Source: Thermodesulfobacteriota bacterium (GTDB taxonomy: Bacteria; Desulfobacterota; BSN033; UBA1163). Taken from it: 64,000 nucleotides of DNA. Positions 8,664 to 17,680 of this stretch are shown piece after piece (the stretch's first letter is position 1; each line of letters starts with the position of its first letter). A model generated the notes under the pieces. The model ran no database searches. It had not been told where the DNA came from and worked only from the letters and a program-made list of their open reading frames with translations. Location: assembly GCA_047519465.1 (NCBI GenBank), contig JAPVTA010000262.1:11220-75219 (forward strand), given 5' to 3'. Made by a program: the position numbers and the translations under genes.

Positions 8664-10403
8664 ATGTACGATAATCTGACGAAGGGCCTGGCCGCAGGCT
8701 ATGAAAGGATTGTGGCGTGGGCCGATATCCTTGACCGGATCAATGTCTATCCTGTACCCGACGGTGACACCGGCCGCAATCTTGTCATTACCCTGGGCGC
8801 CTGCAGGAATATCAACGAAAATCCCGATTCACTGAGCCGAGAGATCCTGCTTTCGGCCAGGGGTAATTCCGGAAACATTGCTGCCGGTTTTTTTGCAGGG
8901 TTCCTCACCTGCAAGGACTTGTCGTCTCTTCCCCTATCCGCCGAGGCCGGCCGTAATCTCGCGTACCGAGCTGTTCCCAACCCTCAACAAGGAACCATGA
9001 TCTCTCTGTTTGATACCCTGGTCGCATCTCTGAAGAAGACCCCTCCCGAAGAGACAGGGATATGGGTGGAATCAATAATCCATGACATGGAAGAGACGGT
9101 TAGGAATACCAGAGAACAATTGCTCGAACTCAGGGAGGCTGGGGTGGTTGATGCAGGAGCCCTCGGCATGCTCGTCTTCTTCGATCCTCTGTTGAATACT
9201 CTGGCTGGCCGCACGGTCAGGCCCTCTCTCTTCACGGATGATCTGAAGGATTCCTTCAACATCTCCGGAACGTGGCAGGACCGAAAATACCATGGCTACT
9301 GCCTTGACGTGTTGCTCAAGATCGAGCACGAAGAGCAGGAAGTTGTGAAGCATATCATGGATGTGGGAGAATCGTTGGTCGCCATGCCCCATGGCGAGTG
9401 CCTCAAAGTACACCTCCATGCCACGGACAGAGAGAGGGCAAGACAAGACCTCACCGCCGTCGGAGCCATCCTGAGCTGGGCCGAAGATGACCTTGCTCAG
9501 CAGACCTTCCGGTTCGGCGAAGCGAGAAAAAATCAGGCCATCCATATCATGACGGATGCGGCTGGCTCCATCACAAGGGATCTGGCTCAGAGCCTTGGAA
9601 TTACTCTCCTCAACAGTTATATCGCCATCGGGAATCGTTTTCTCCCTGAGACCTACGTAGATCCTTCCCAGCTCTTTGCCGCCATGAAGGCTGGAGCCAA
9701 AGTCTCTACGGGCCAAGCCTCAACCGTGGAGCGACAAGAGTGCTATAACAACGTCATGAAAATCCATGACCGCGTCCTCTATCTCTGTGTGGGCTCTTTC
9801 TACACCGGCAATTATGATGTGGCTATCAAATGGAAGGCTGAGAATGATCCCGATGACAGGATGACCATCATTGATACAGGGATCGCCTCGGGCAAGCTCG
9901 GTCTCGTAGCCAGGGCTGCTGCAGAACTCTCCCTCACTGTCAGCGACCCTTTAAAGGTCATCGCCTTCGCCAGGGGTGCGATTCAGAATGTACAGGAATA
10001 TATCTTCCTGGACACGCTGCAATTCTTAGCTGCCGGCGGTAGAATCTCAAAGACCAGTGCCTTTTTTGGCGATGTCCTTCGTATAAAACCGATCGTCAGT
10101 CCCTATCCTGACGGGGCTCGGAAGATCGGGGTAGTTAGAAACCTCAGAGATCAGGTAAAATTCGCCTTCCGTCGTCTTGAACAGGACATTTTAAAAGATC
10201 AAAGGGCGGCTCTGCTTCTCGAGTACTCAGACAACAAGGAGTGGCTTGAGGGGGAAATCAAACCGGAGATAGAGCGCAGGTTTCCTTTGATGCAAATCAT
10301 CGTACAACCTCTCTCCCTTACCACTGCTGCCCATGTGGGCCCGGGCTCCTGGGGCATGGCCTTTCTCAAAGAAGACTCCCAAAAAGGCGACCCATATGTA
10401 TGA
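8664..10403 (+). CDS. FakA-like fatty-acid kinase (DAK2 domain + DegV-like C-terminal domain)
   Basis: 579 aa; N-terminal INVYPVPDGDTGRNL matches DAK2 domain of FakA/YloV; C-terminal half DegV-like. Confidence 0.7.
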   Translation: MYDNLTKGLAAGYERIVAWADILDRINVYPVPDGDTGRNLVITLGACRNINENPDSLSREILLSARGNSGNIAAGFFAGFLTCKDLSSLPLSAEAGRNLAYRAVPNPQQGTMISLFDTLVASLKKTPPEETGIWVESIIHDMEETVRNTREQLLELREAGVVDAGALGMLVFFDPLLNTLAGRTVRPSLFTDDLKDSFNISGTWQDRKYHGYCLDVLLKIEHEEQEVVKHIMDVGESLVAMPHGECLKVHLHATDRERARQDLTAVGAILSWAEDDLAQQTFRFGEARKNQAIHIMTDAAGSITRDLAQSLGITLLNSYIAIGNRFLPETYVDPSQLFAAMKAGAKVSTGQASTVERQECYNNVMKIHDRVLYLCVGSFYTGNYDVAIKWKAENDPDDRMTIIDTGIASGKLGLVARAAAELSLTVSDPLKVIAFARGAIQNVQEYIFLDTLQFLAAGGRISKTSAFFGDVLRIKPIVSPYPDGARKIGVVRNLRDQVKFAFRRLEQDILKDQRAALLLEYSDNKEWLEGEIKPEIERRFPLMQIIVQPLSLTTAAHVGPGSWGMAFLKEDSQKGDPYV

Positions 10404-11604
10404 AAAAATCTTACGCGGCATGAAAGGTCTTCTGATGCTTGGACTTTTCGGCCTGTTTCTCCTCGGCATCTTCCTTGAATTACTGATCATTCTTCCGGTC
10501 CTCTGGGTCCTCAACAGAATCCTTGGGCCTAAGCATTACCGGATGCAGTGGACGATCCGTATCCTCGTCGGCCTGTGGCTCTTCTTCCTGAGAGCGTGCG
10601 GGCTACTCAAGGCGAGGGAGTTGAAAGGGAAGCCTTTCGATGGACCGTGTGTGATTGTTTCGAACCACCCCGGCCTCTTCGACGTGCTCTTCCTGATTCG
10701 GGATATCCCACGCATGTCTGTCATGGTCAAGCAATCCCTGGCAAGGAAGCTTCCCCTCGGCCCTGTCTTTCGCTCTGCAGGGTATGTCCTCTCCCCTGAC
10801 TTCGAGCAGAGGGGACCGTTCCAGTCCCTGGATGAGGCTATCGAGAAGATCGACATGGGGTACAAGTTCATGATCTTTCCTGAGGCCACTCGATCCCCTA
10901 AAGGAGACCTGGGCAGGTTCAGCGCCGGCCCCTTCATGCTTGCAAGGCTATCGAATGTCCCATTGCAGCCGGTGTTTGTCAGAAACGATCCACCTTTTCT
11001 CCCGAAGGAAGACAAATGGTACTTTCCTCCCTCCCGGGTCTCGACCCTTGAGATCGAATTCTGGGAGCCGACGGCCCCTCCGCAAGCAGGACAGGAGCGG
11101 CAGTTTGCCAGGGATCTCGAGGCTCGGTACAGGGAGGCGTTGGGCTTAACCTCTAACCAACTCTTTCCAGCTGAACCTTTGATCCCGCATCGTCTTGGCA
11201 TGAGGCTCATAGACCGGGTGAAGAGACCGACCTGGAACGCTTTGCAGGCTGAGACGATTGTTACTGAGGAATGGCCCTTGTACAACAACGGAGAGGTAAG
11301 TTCCATCCTATGTATTGAACTGGCCGCCCAAGCCATCTCTGCCCTGAGCACATGGCGTCGAGGTAAAGGGGCTGGACCGCGGGTCGGATTGCTCGTTGGC
11401 ATCAAAGAAGCGGAATTCTCAAGGTCGAGCGTTCCTGTAGGGACCAGACTCCACATCGAGATTGAGGAGCTTTCGCACGTTGGGGACTATGCCGTGTTTG
11501 AAGGCAAAGTAAGATCAGATTCGGACTCCTTGTGTAAAATCATTATCCAGGTGATGGAACCTGAAGAGACCCTATCGAACCTAAAGACCAGACAGAGAAT
11601 CTAA
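10396..11604 (+). CDS. PlsC-family acyltransferase fused to C-terminal hot-dog domain
   Basis: N-terminal TM helices; NHxxxxD motif (VSNHPGLFD), FPEATRS motif; C-terminal ~130 aa hot-dog-like; ATG overlaps FakA-like stop (ATGTATGA). Confidence 0.75.
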   Translation: MYEKILRGMKGLLMLGLFGLFLLGIFLELLIILPVLWVLNRILGPKHYRMQWTIRILVGLWLFFLRACGLLKARELKGKPFDGPCVIVSNHPGLFDVLFLIRDIPRMSVMVKQSLARKLPLGPVFRSAGYVLSPDFEQRGPFQSLDEAIEKIDMGYKFMIFPEATRSPKGDLGRFSAGPFMLARLSNVPLQPVFVRNDPPFLPKEDKWYFPPSRVSTLEIEFWEPTAPPQAGQERQFARDLEARYREALGLTSNQLFPAEPLIPHRLGMRLIDRVKRPTWNALQAETIVTEEWPLYNNGEVSSILCIELAAQAISALSTWRRGKGAGPRVGLLVGIKEAEFSRSSVPVGTRLHIEIEELSHVGDYAVFEGKVRSDSDSLCKIIIQVMEPEETLSNLKTRQRI

Positions 11605-11630
11605 CCCTGGGAGAAAGAGAGGGAGAATCG

Positions 11631-12365
11631 ATGCCTACGCTGTCTAAACAGATTGCCCTCGTGACGGGCGGGGGCCGGGGAATTGGACGCGCGATCTGCC
11701 TGGAGCTGGCAAAGAACGGCTGTTACGTGATTATCAATTTCCGCTCCAACACAAAGGCCGCTGAAGAGACCCTGGGGTTGATCCATCAAGTTGGAGGAAA
11801 GGGTGAGATCGTCCGTTTCGACGTCGCCAATCAGGAAGAAACTGAGCGAAACATCGAAACCCTCCTGACACGCCATGATGCGATCGATATTCTGGTAAAC
11901 AATGCAGGAGAAACTGCGGACGGTCTTTTTGTCTTGATGCCTCCCGACGAATGGGTGAAAGTGCTCAACACCTCCTTGCAAGGATTCTACAATGTGACGA
12001 AACCCGTTCTGATGAAGATGGTCAACAGAAAGCATGGTTTTATTGTTGCCATCTCTTCTGTGTCTGCAAGGCTCGGCCACCGTGGTCAGACAAATTACTC
12101 GGCAGCCAAGGCAGGTCTTGAAGGAGCCTGTCGATCCCTTGCCTCGGAGGTTGCTCGTCTTGGTATTCGGGTCAATGTCGTGGCGCCGGGCTTGATTGAA
12201 ACGGAGATGCTTCAGGCTGTTCCCAGGGATATGATAAAACAGATCATACCGATGGGCCGAGTAGGCCTGCCTGAAGAGGTAGCCAAGGTGGTTCGTTTCT
12301 TGTGCTCTGAGGATGCCTCTTACATTACCGGCCAGGTCATATCCGTCAATGGGGGAATGATCTAA
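11631..12365 (+). CDS. 3-oxoacyl-ACP reductase (FabG-like SDR)
   Basis: 244 aa; TGGGRGIGRAI NAD(P)-binding motif, Y-x3-K catalytic pair (NYSAAKAG). Confidence 0.9.
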   Translation: MPTLSKQIALVTGGGRGIGRAICLELAKNGCYVIINFRSNTKAAEETLGLIHQVGGKGEIVRFDVANQEETERNIETLLTRHDAIDILVNNAGETADGLFVLMPPDEWVKVLNTSLQGFYNVTKPVLMKMVNRKHGFIVAISSVSARLGHRGQTNYSAAKAGLEGACRSLASEVARLGIRVNVVAPGLIETEMLQAVPRDMIKQIIPMGRVGLPEEVAKVVRFLCSEDASYITGQVISVNGGMI

Positions 12366-12369
12366 AAAA

Positions 12370-12397
12370 GTAGGGAACGCATATATGCGTTCCCTAC
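12370..12397. promoter_or_regulatory. perfect 28-bp palindrome GTAGGGAACGCATAT/ATGCGTTCCCTAC at FabG-like stop / LolA-like start
   Basis: Exact inverted repeat with no spacer; right arm contains the LolA-like ATG (12385). Confidence 0.6.
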
Positions 12398-13023
12398 TGA
12401 AGGGATTGGCATTGAAAGGATTCCTTTCCATCACACTAGTAATAATAGCGGGAGTTTTCTTCGTCGAAACAGCATCGGCCCAGGATTGGACCTCTCTGAA
12501 AGAAACTTTCAGAAACATTCGATCCGTGAAGGCGGATTTCCTCCAGAAGAGATACCTCAAAATCCTAATAAGACCTCTCCTGTCTGAGGGAAAGCTCTTT
12601 TTTTATATCCCTGATTCTCTGAGATGGGAGTACCTCAACCCGCTGCGAAGCGTGATGCTGGAAAAGGGGAGTACCGTCCAGGTTTACAACTTCTCTGAGG
12701 GTACGTGGAAGCCAGAGATGACGCAGGCTGTTGAGGCAAGGCGGATGGTACTTGCGGAAGTCAGTCATTGGTTTCAGGGCCGTTTCGATGAAAGCACCGC
12801 ATTCAAGCACCTTTATTCTCCCGGACCTCCTGCGCGAGTCACGATGGTTCCTGGGGAAGGGATCAACAGGTTTATCCAGCGGATTGAGATCGTTCTGTCT
12901 GTGAGGCCAGGGGTCATTGATCGGGTGGAGATAGAGGAACCCGGAGGCTCCCGGACCACAATTGAATTCAGGAACGTGGAGATCAATTCCAGCTTCCCTT
13001 CAGAGGTCTTCGAGAAACCATGA
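12385..13023 (+). CDS. LolA-like outer-membrane lipoprotein carrier family protein
   Basis: 212 aa with signal peptide (…FFVETASA/QD); LolA-like size and context (APE-type clusters carry LolA-like genes). Confidence 0.55.
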   Translation: MRSLLKGLALKGFLSITLVIIAGVFFVETASAQDWTSLKETFRNIRSVKADFLQKRYLKILIRPLLSEGKLFFYIPDSLRWEYLNPLRSVMLEKGSTVQVYNFSEGTWKPEMTQAVEARRMVLAEVSHWFQGRFDESTAFKHLYSPGPPARVTMVPGEGINRFIQRIEIVLSVRPGVIDRVEIEEPGGSRTTIEFRNVEINSSFPSEVFEKP

Positions 13024-13676
13024 TTCGCGCCAAGGCCCTTGATGTCTGTCTTCTGGGATTTCTTGTCCTCTGCGTCGGGTGTGCCTCTCCATCCAAGAAA
13101 ACCCTGGGCCCGGGCTCACCGGATGACGTGCCAGGCTGTTATGCCGTTTTTCCGGGAGAGCCCTGGGAGTCGGTGCATCGGATTGAGGCCACCGTCAGAG
13201 GAGAAGGTTCTTCCTCGCTGCTTGGAGTCACCAAAGGCGAACCATCGGAGCGAAGGCTTCAGAGCCTTTTGCTCACCCCCGAAGGGTTCATCCTGTTCGA
13301 TGCGGAACTCTCGGGGGATGGAATCGCTGTCCGAAAGGCAATGGCTCCCTTCGATTCACCGGCTTTTGCCAGAGGGCTGATGGAGGATGTGTCTCTCCTC
13401 TTTCTCCCTCCGCAGGGCAAGCCCGCCGCATGGGCGAAGGAAACGGATGGAACGATGATTTGCAACTGGGAAAACCATGACGATTCCCATACCGAGATTT
13501 CGGGATCGATGGAGAGCGGCTGGCGAATCCTCCGCCAGAACAAAAATGGGAAGGTCATAAAGGAAATCGTCTTGAACGGACCTTTTGTCAACGGTCTTGC
13601 GTCGCGCATCGAGCTCCGCACATTCAGACCGGCGCCGTACAGGCTCAGGATGACTTTGGTCCAACCGTCTCCTTAA
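13020..13676 (+). CDS. lipoprotein of unknown function (LolB/DUF3261-like position)
   Basis: 218 aa; lipobox LVLCVGCAS; overlaps LolA-like stop (ATGA). Confidence 0.45.
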   Translation: MIRAKALDVCLLGFLVLCVGCASPSKKTLGPGSPDDVPGCYAVFPGEPWESVHRIEATVRGEGSSSLLGVTKGEPSERRLQSLLLTPEGFILFDAELSGDGIAVRKAMAPFDSPAFARGLMEDVSLLFLPPQGKPAAWAKETDGTMICNWENHDDSHTEISGSMESGWRILRQNKNGKVIKEIVLNGPFVNGLASRIELRTFRPAPYRLRMTLVQPSP

Positions 13677-13752
13677 ACGATTTTTGTTGAAGTGGCCGTT
13701 CAAAATGAGTAGGGTTTTATATTTGGGGGTTCCCGTGAAACTTTTGCCGACT

Positions 13753-15537
13753 ATGAACAGGTTGCTCGTCATTGTTTTGCCATTCATCCTTCTTTCTCTG
13801 GGCTGCAGCTCCCTGCATTCAGATCAACCGATACTCAAGAAAGGAGATTTTCCGGGTGCGGTAACGACGCTCGATACAATCATCAGGAATAACCTGAAGC
13901 GCTACCGGATCCACGGCGCGGCCGTCGCCCTGGTGCAGGACGGTAGGGTGATCTTCTCGCAATGCTATGGGTATGCGGATACCCAGAAAAAAGTTCCCAT
14001 TACAGAAGACACCTATTTTATGGCCGGTTCCCTGACAAAATCCTTTACGGCGCTGGCCGTCTTGAAATTAATAGAAGAGGGTAAAGTCGATCCTCATGCC
14101 GATATAAAAAAATATATCCCACATTTCTCCATCAGACACCTTTATGACGGTGAAGTCCCTATCACCGTAAACCATCTTCTCACGCATACGTCGGGACTCA
14201 TGATTGATTATTATGTTCGCTTTACCCGTGAAAGAAAACATCCCAACGCTGATCTTCTTTCGCAATTACGGAATGAATACCTCTGCTTTAAGCCGGGTTC
14301 TGCCTATAAGTATTCGAATATCGGATACCGGCTTCTCGGCATGATTATCGAACAAGTAACCGGTGAGCGGTTTGAAGACTATCTCGAAAAAGAAGTTTTC
14401 AAGCCTCTCGGCCTGAACAACTCCTTTTTCGATTATACGGCTGATATGGCCCCTCACATGTCTAAGGGCCACAATGGGGATGCGGAAACCTCCCGGATTG
14501 ACAACGAAGACACGTCTGCCAGCGGCCTGTTCAGCACGCTGAAGGATCTGACCGCATTCTTGAAATTTCTCTCCTCCAGAGCCGGCCAGTTACCCGGGGG
14601 AATCAAGAATGACAAAATCATCGATCTGATCATAAAAAACGCCGATCCCACGATCGATACGTTTTATGACAGCAAAAACATATACTCTTCCGGATGGTAT
14701 TTGAATTCCTATCAGTTCAACGGCATCCGTGAGGTACTCTCCAGCAGCGGAAATATCAACGGCTTTTCTACGGCGATAACTTACATCCCTGAAGAAAGAC
14801 TCGGAATAGTCCTCCTGACGAATTCATCTGTCGGATGGAAAGCCGACATGGACATCATCGCTCGAGGCCTTCTCGGCATAATAGATGTTTTCCGAGACGC
14901 CGGAACCCAGGAGCCTGATCGTAAAAATCAAAAGGATATTAAGCCAACGGAGGAATACGAGTCGTTGTGCGGACGGTATGTGGGTTTTGGTCCCATTGTC
15001 GATATTTTTAAGAAGAAAAATAAATTATACGCAAAGTTTAAAGGCCCTGCGGCTCGGCTTATTCCTGAAGGCGATGGCGTTTTCAAGCCGGTCCTCCGAA
15101 TCCTCTTTCTGGATATTGATGTGGCGAGATTTACCGACTATGAAAGGATACGGTTCAGGTTCAGCAAGAATCGGCAAGGCGAGAAATTCCTGTCTATGGA
15201 AGCACATGTGGCTGAATCGACGTTTCCAATACCCCTTCATTTTACTCAAAAAAACAATATCCCGAAGGCCTACAGCCGCTATTATGGAACCTGGGCTTTA
15301 GATAAAAATGAGACTTACCCGAATATCCTGAAGCTCTACCTGCCGACGGATCGATTAACTTTTTTTGAAAAAGATGGGTGGCCCATGATTCGAATAAATA
15401 CCTGGATGGGTGAAGGACTGCTGCTGCTCGAACCTTTGTCAGAAAACCTGGCCCGCATCGCCGGCTCGGGAGAAATTGTTTCAATGAATGATGATATAGT
15501 GAATTATATCGGGCTCCGTTTTAAGAAAGTCCGCTGA
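13753..15537 (+). CDS. beta-lactamase-family serine hydrolase (PBP/esterase type) lipoprotein with C-terminal extension
   Basis: SxxK motif SLTKSF, YxN motif YSNIGY; lipobox LSLGCSS; start chosen at MNRLL (ORF opens at 13684). Confidence 0.7.
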   Translation: MNRLLVIVLPFILLSLGCSSLHSDQPILKKGDFPGAVTTLDTIIRNNLKRYRIHGAAVALVQDGRVIFSQCYGYADTQKKVPITEDTYFMAGSLTKSFTALAVLKLIEEGKVDPHADIKKYIPHFSIRHLYDGEVPITVNHLLTHTSGLMIDYYVRFTRERKHPNADLLSQLRNEYLCFKPGSAYKYSNIGYRLLGMIIEQVTGERFEDYLEKEVFKPLGLNNSFFDYTADMAPHMSKGHNGDAETSRIDNEDTSASGLFSTLKDLTAFLKFLSSRAGQLPGGIKNDKIIDLIIKNADPTIDTFYDSKNIYSSGWYLNSYQFNGIREVLSSSGNINGFSTAITYIPEERLGIVLLTNSSVGWKADMDIIARGLLGIIDVFRDAGTQEPDRKNQKDIKPTEEYESLCGRYVGFGPIVDIFKKKNKLYAKFKGPAARLIPEGDGVFKPVLRILFLDIDVARFTDYERIRFRFSKNRQGEKFLSMEAHVAESTFPIPLHFTQKNNIPKAYSRYYGTWALDKNETYPNILKLYLPTDRLTFFEKDGWPMIRINTWMGEGLLLLEPLSENLARIAGSGEIVSMNDDIVNYIGLRFKKVR

Positions 15538-15755
15538 AGCGGCCCGAAGACACCAAATCTTCAATCAACGTTAATTATCCTATTTCGCTCTTTCTTCCTG
15601 TAAGCGTGTTTTTCTAACTTCATCTTACAATGTAACATTTCAAATGGAAGTCATTAGGGCAAAGAAATCCATTCTTTTCTCTTTCTTAAGTACTCATATT
15701 GCTTGAATTCATAGCAGGACATAGTTATTTTTAATTTAAAGGGGGAACAAGACCA

Positions 15756-16031
15756 ATGGGAAAGGAGATTAACCCGATGGCACTATATATGGACATCCAC
15801 AGGAATGTTGGAGAAATCCCAAAAGAGAAGATTGATGAAGCTCATAAAAAAGACCTTGCGGTGCAGGGGAAGCATGGAGTTCAGATCACCGACTTTTGGC
15901 ACAGCGAAAAAGATGGGGCTGTTTTCTGCCTTGCCGAAGCTCCCAGCAAGGAGGCCTTTGGAGCCGTCCACCGTGAGGCTCATGGCTTGGAAGCCGACGA
16001 GATTTTCGAAGTTATGGAAGGCCAGAAATAG
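15756..16031 (+). CDS. small DUF4242-like protein
   Basis: 91 aa, MALYMDIH… resembles DUF4242 family; AT-rich promoter region upstream. Confidence 0.35.
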   Translation: MGKEINPMALYMDIHRNVGEIPKEKIDEAHKKDLAVQGKHGVQITDFWHSEKDGAVFCLAEAPSKEAFGAVHREAHGLEADEIFEVMEGQK

Positions 16032-16909
16032 AGAGCTATAAAGTTCAGAGGGGTTCAGGCGATCCAGATAGGGTTTATGCCGCAGAGCGAGAGAGAATCT
16101 TTTTTTCTTCCAGCGACAAGATCATACAGAGTCCGTCCTAGGAAAATCAAGGAAGAGGCTGCTACAGCCTTCAAGTCGTAATCTTCGCCCTCAAAGATCA
16201 TGCTCGGATCAACAATCTACATAGCAGGTGAAAGTTTCAAAATTACCTTTTGCCGGAAAAATTTTGGGGAAGACTGAGAATAACTTCCTCCTACCATCAA
16301 TTCATAGTATAAACTCTGTATGGATCTAGAAACCCTTCGGTAGGTGCAGGAAGTGGCAAGATATGTTGCCTTATTCGGGCGCCGGGTTTCCCAGTATTTG
16401 CGAACCTGGATTTTCGCCATTTTTTCGTAAAATCGGATGATGCCGTTGTGGTCGTTAGCCGCCTTCCCGTCGACTTTCGTGTCTGCATGATTTCCATCAC
16501 TTGGCTGGGCATGGGTAGCGGTACACCTACCTCATGCGCGGTATCAATGGCATCAGCGAGGTCTTGGGGATGGTCCTCACTCGATCGTGAAGGAATGCCT
16601 CTTTACGATCCTGAAGCTGATGGGGCTTTTTGTCCAGGAGCTAAAGATTCATCTTGAATCAAAGATCTTTATCATTGCACTCAACCTTCACCTTAATCCA
16701 CGTCGATTTGCAGGGGAGGCTGTGGAACAATTCCTTTACCTATACGCAAGAAAGAAAAAAACAGGGATAAAACATCTCTTTATCCAGTTCTTCATTTCTA
16801 TAAGAAGGTCTCTCCTGTGAAAATACTAACAAGGTTTTTTTGTTCTTGACAGGGGTTTCCATTTATGATACGAAAACGGATACTGTCAGTTGACGCTTTT
16901 TAAGCAACA

Positions 16910-17473
16910 ATGGACGAAAAACAGATCATCAAGAACATCAAGAAATTTCGTATCAGCAAAAAGATGTCCCTTGACCGATTAGCCAAGCTGACAGGTTTGA
17001 CGAAAGGATATGTCTCTAAGATCGAGAATTCAGATAAGGCCCCGCCTTTTTCGACCCTCATTAAACTTGCGAATGCCCTCGACACAGATATTAGCTTTTT
17101 GATTGCGGAAGATTCCGAAGTGCCGGAAAATATCAACCTATGTATTGTGAGGCGGAGCGAGAGAAAAGAAGTCGTGACAAGAGGAACGCTCTACGGATAT
17201 CATTATGAAGCCTTGGCTCACAAGAAGATCGGGAAAAACATGGAACCGTATATCATCATACCCGCGTTTGATGAAAAAGGGATCTTCTCCCATGAGGGTG
17301 AAGAATTCATGTACATTCTTGAAGGAACACATGAGTTTATGTACGACGGCAAGAAATATTTGTTGAGGGAGGGGGACAGCATCTATTTCGATTCGATCAT
17401 CCCCCATAGCGGCCGAAGTGTTGGGAAGCAAAAAGCTAAGATTTTGGCGATCATGTATTCCTACAAGCGTTAA
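16910..17473 (+). CDS. XRE-family HTH transcriptional regulator with C-terminal cupin domain
   Basis: 187 aa; HTH_3 (LAKLTGLTKGYVSKIEN) plus cupin_2. Confidence 0.8.
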   Translation: MDEKQIIKNIKKFRISKKMSLDRLAKLTGLTKGYVSKIENSDKAPPFSTLIKLANALDTDISFLIAEDSEVPENINLCIVRRSERKEVVTRGTLYGYHYEALAHKKIGKNMEPYIIIPAFDEKGIFSHEGEEFMYILEGTHEFMYDGKKYLLREGDSIYFDSIIPHSGRSVGKQKAKILAIMYSYKR

Positions 17474-17680
17474 TATTCTTTTCGATAATCGTTTCCAATC
17501 TGGAAACGAAAATCTGATTAGTTCCCGGAGATTCCAAAACCGTTGAGGATCTGAGCAAAATCCCTTTTACCACAAGAGATGGAAAGCCAGAGAAGGATCC
17601 ACCTCAGGGGTCTCATGCGTAGGTCTTATAGATTAAAGCTATGAACTTTTGAAATTCCAACTTGATGATTAGGGAGATTT

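Noticed and set aside
8664-10403. Possibility that the DAK2 protein is a DhaL dihydroxyacetone-kinase subunit
   Set aside because: The protein is 579 aa with a DegV-like C-terminal half, like FakA/YloV. No DhaK/DhaM partner is adjacent and the context is lipid biosynthesis.
10536-11456. 306-aa ORF on the minus strand
   Set aside because: It lies entirely antisense to the PlsC-hotdog gene, whose + frame carries unambiguous NHxxxxD/FPEATRS motifs. The minus-frame product is Pro/Arg/Ser-rich with no domain, so it is a shadow ORF.
11601-12560. 319-aa ORF on the minus strand
   Set aside because: It is antisense to the clear FabG-like SDR (TGGGRGIG, YxxxK). It has a typical shadow-ORF composition.
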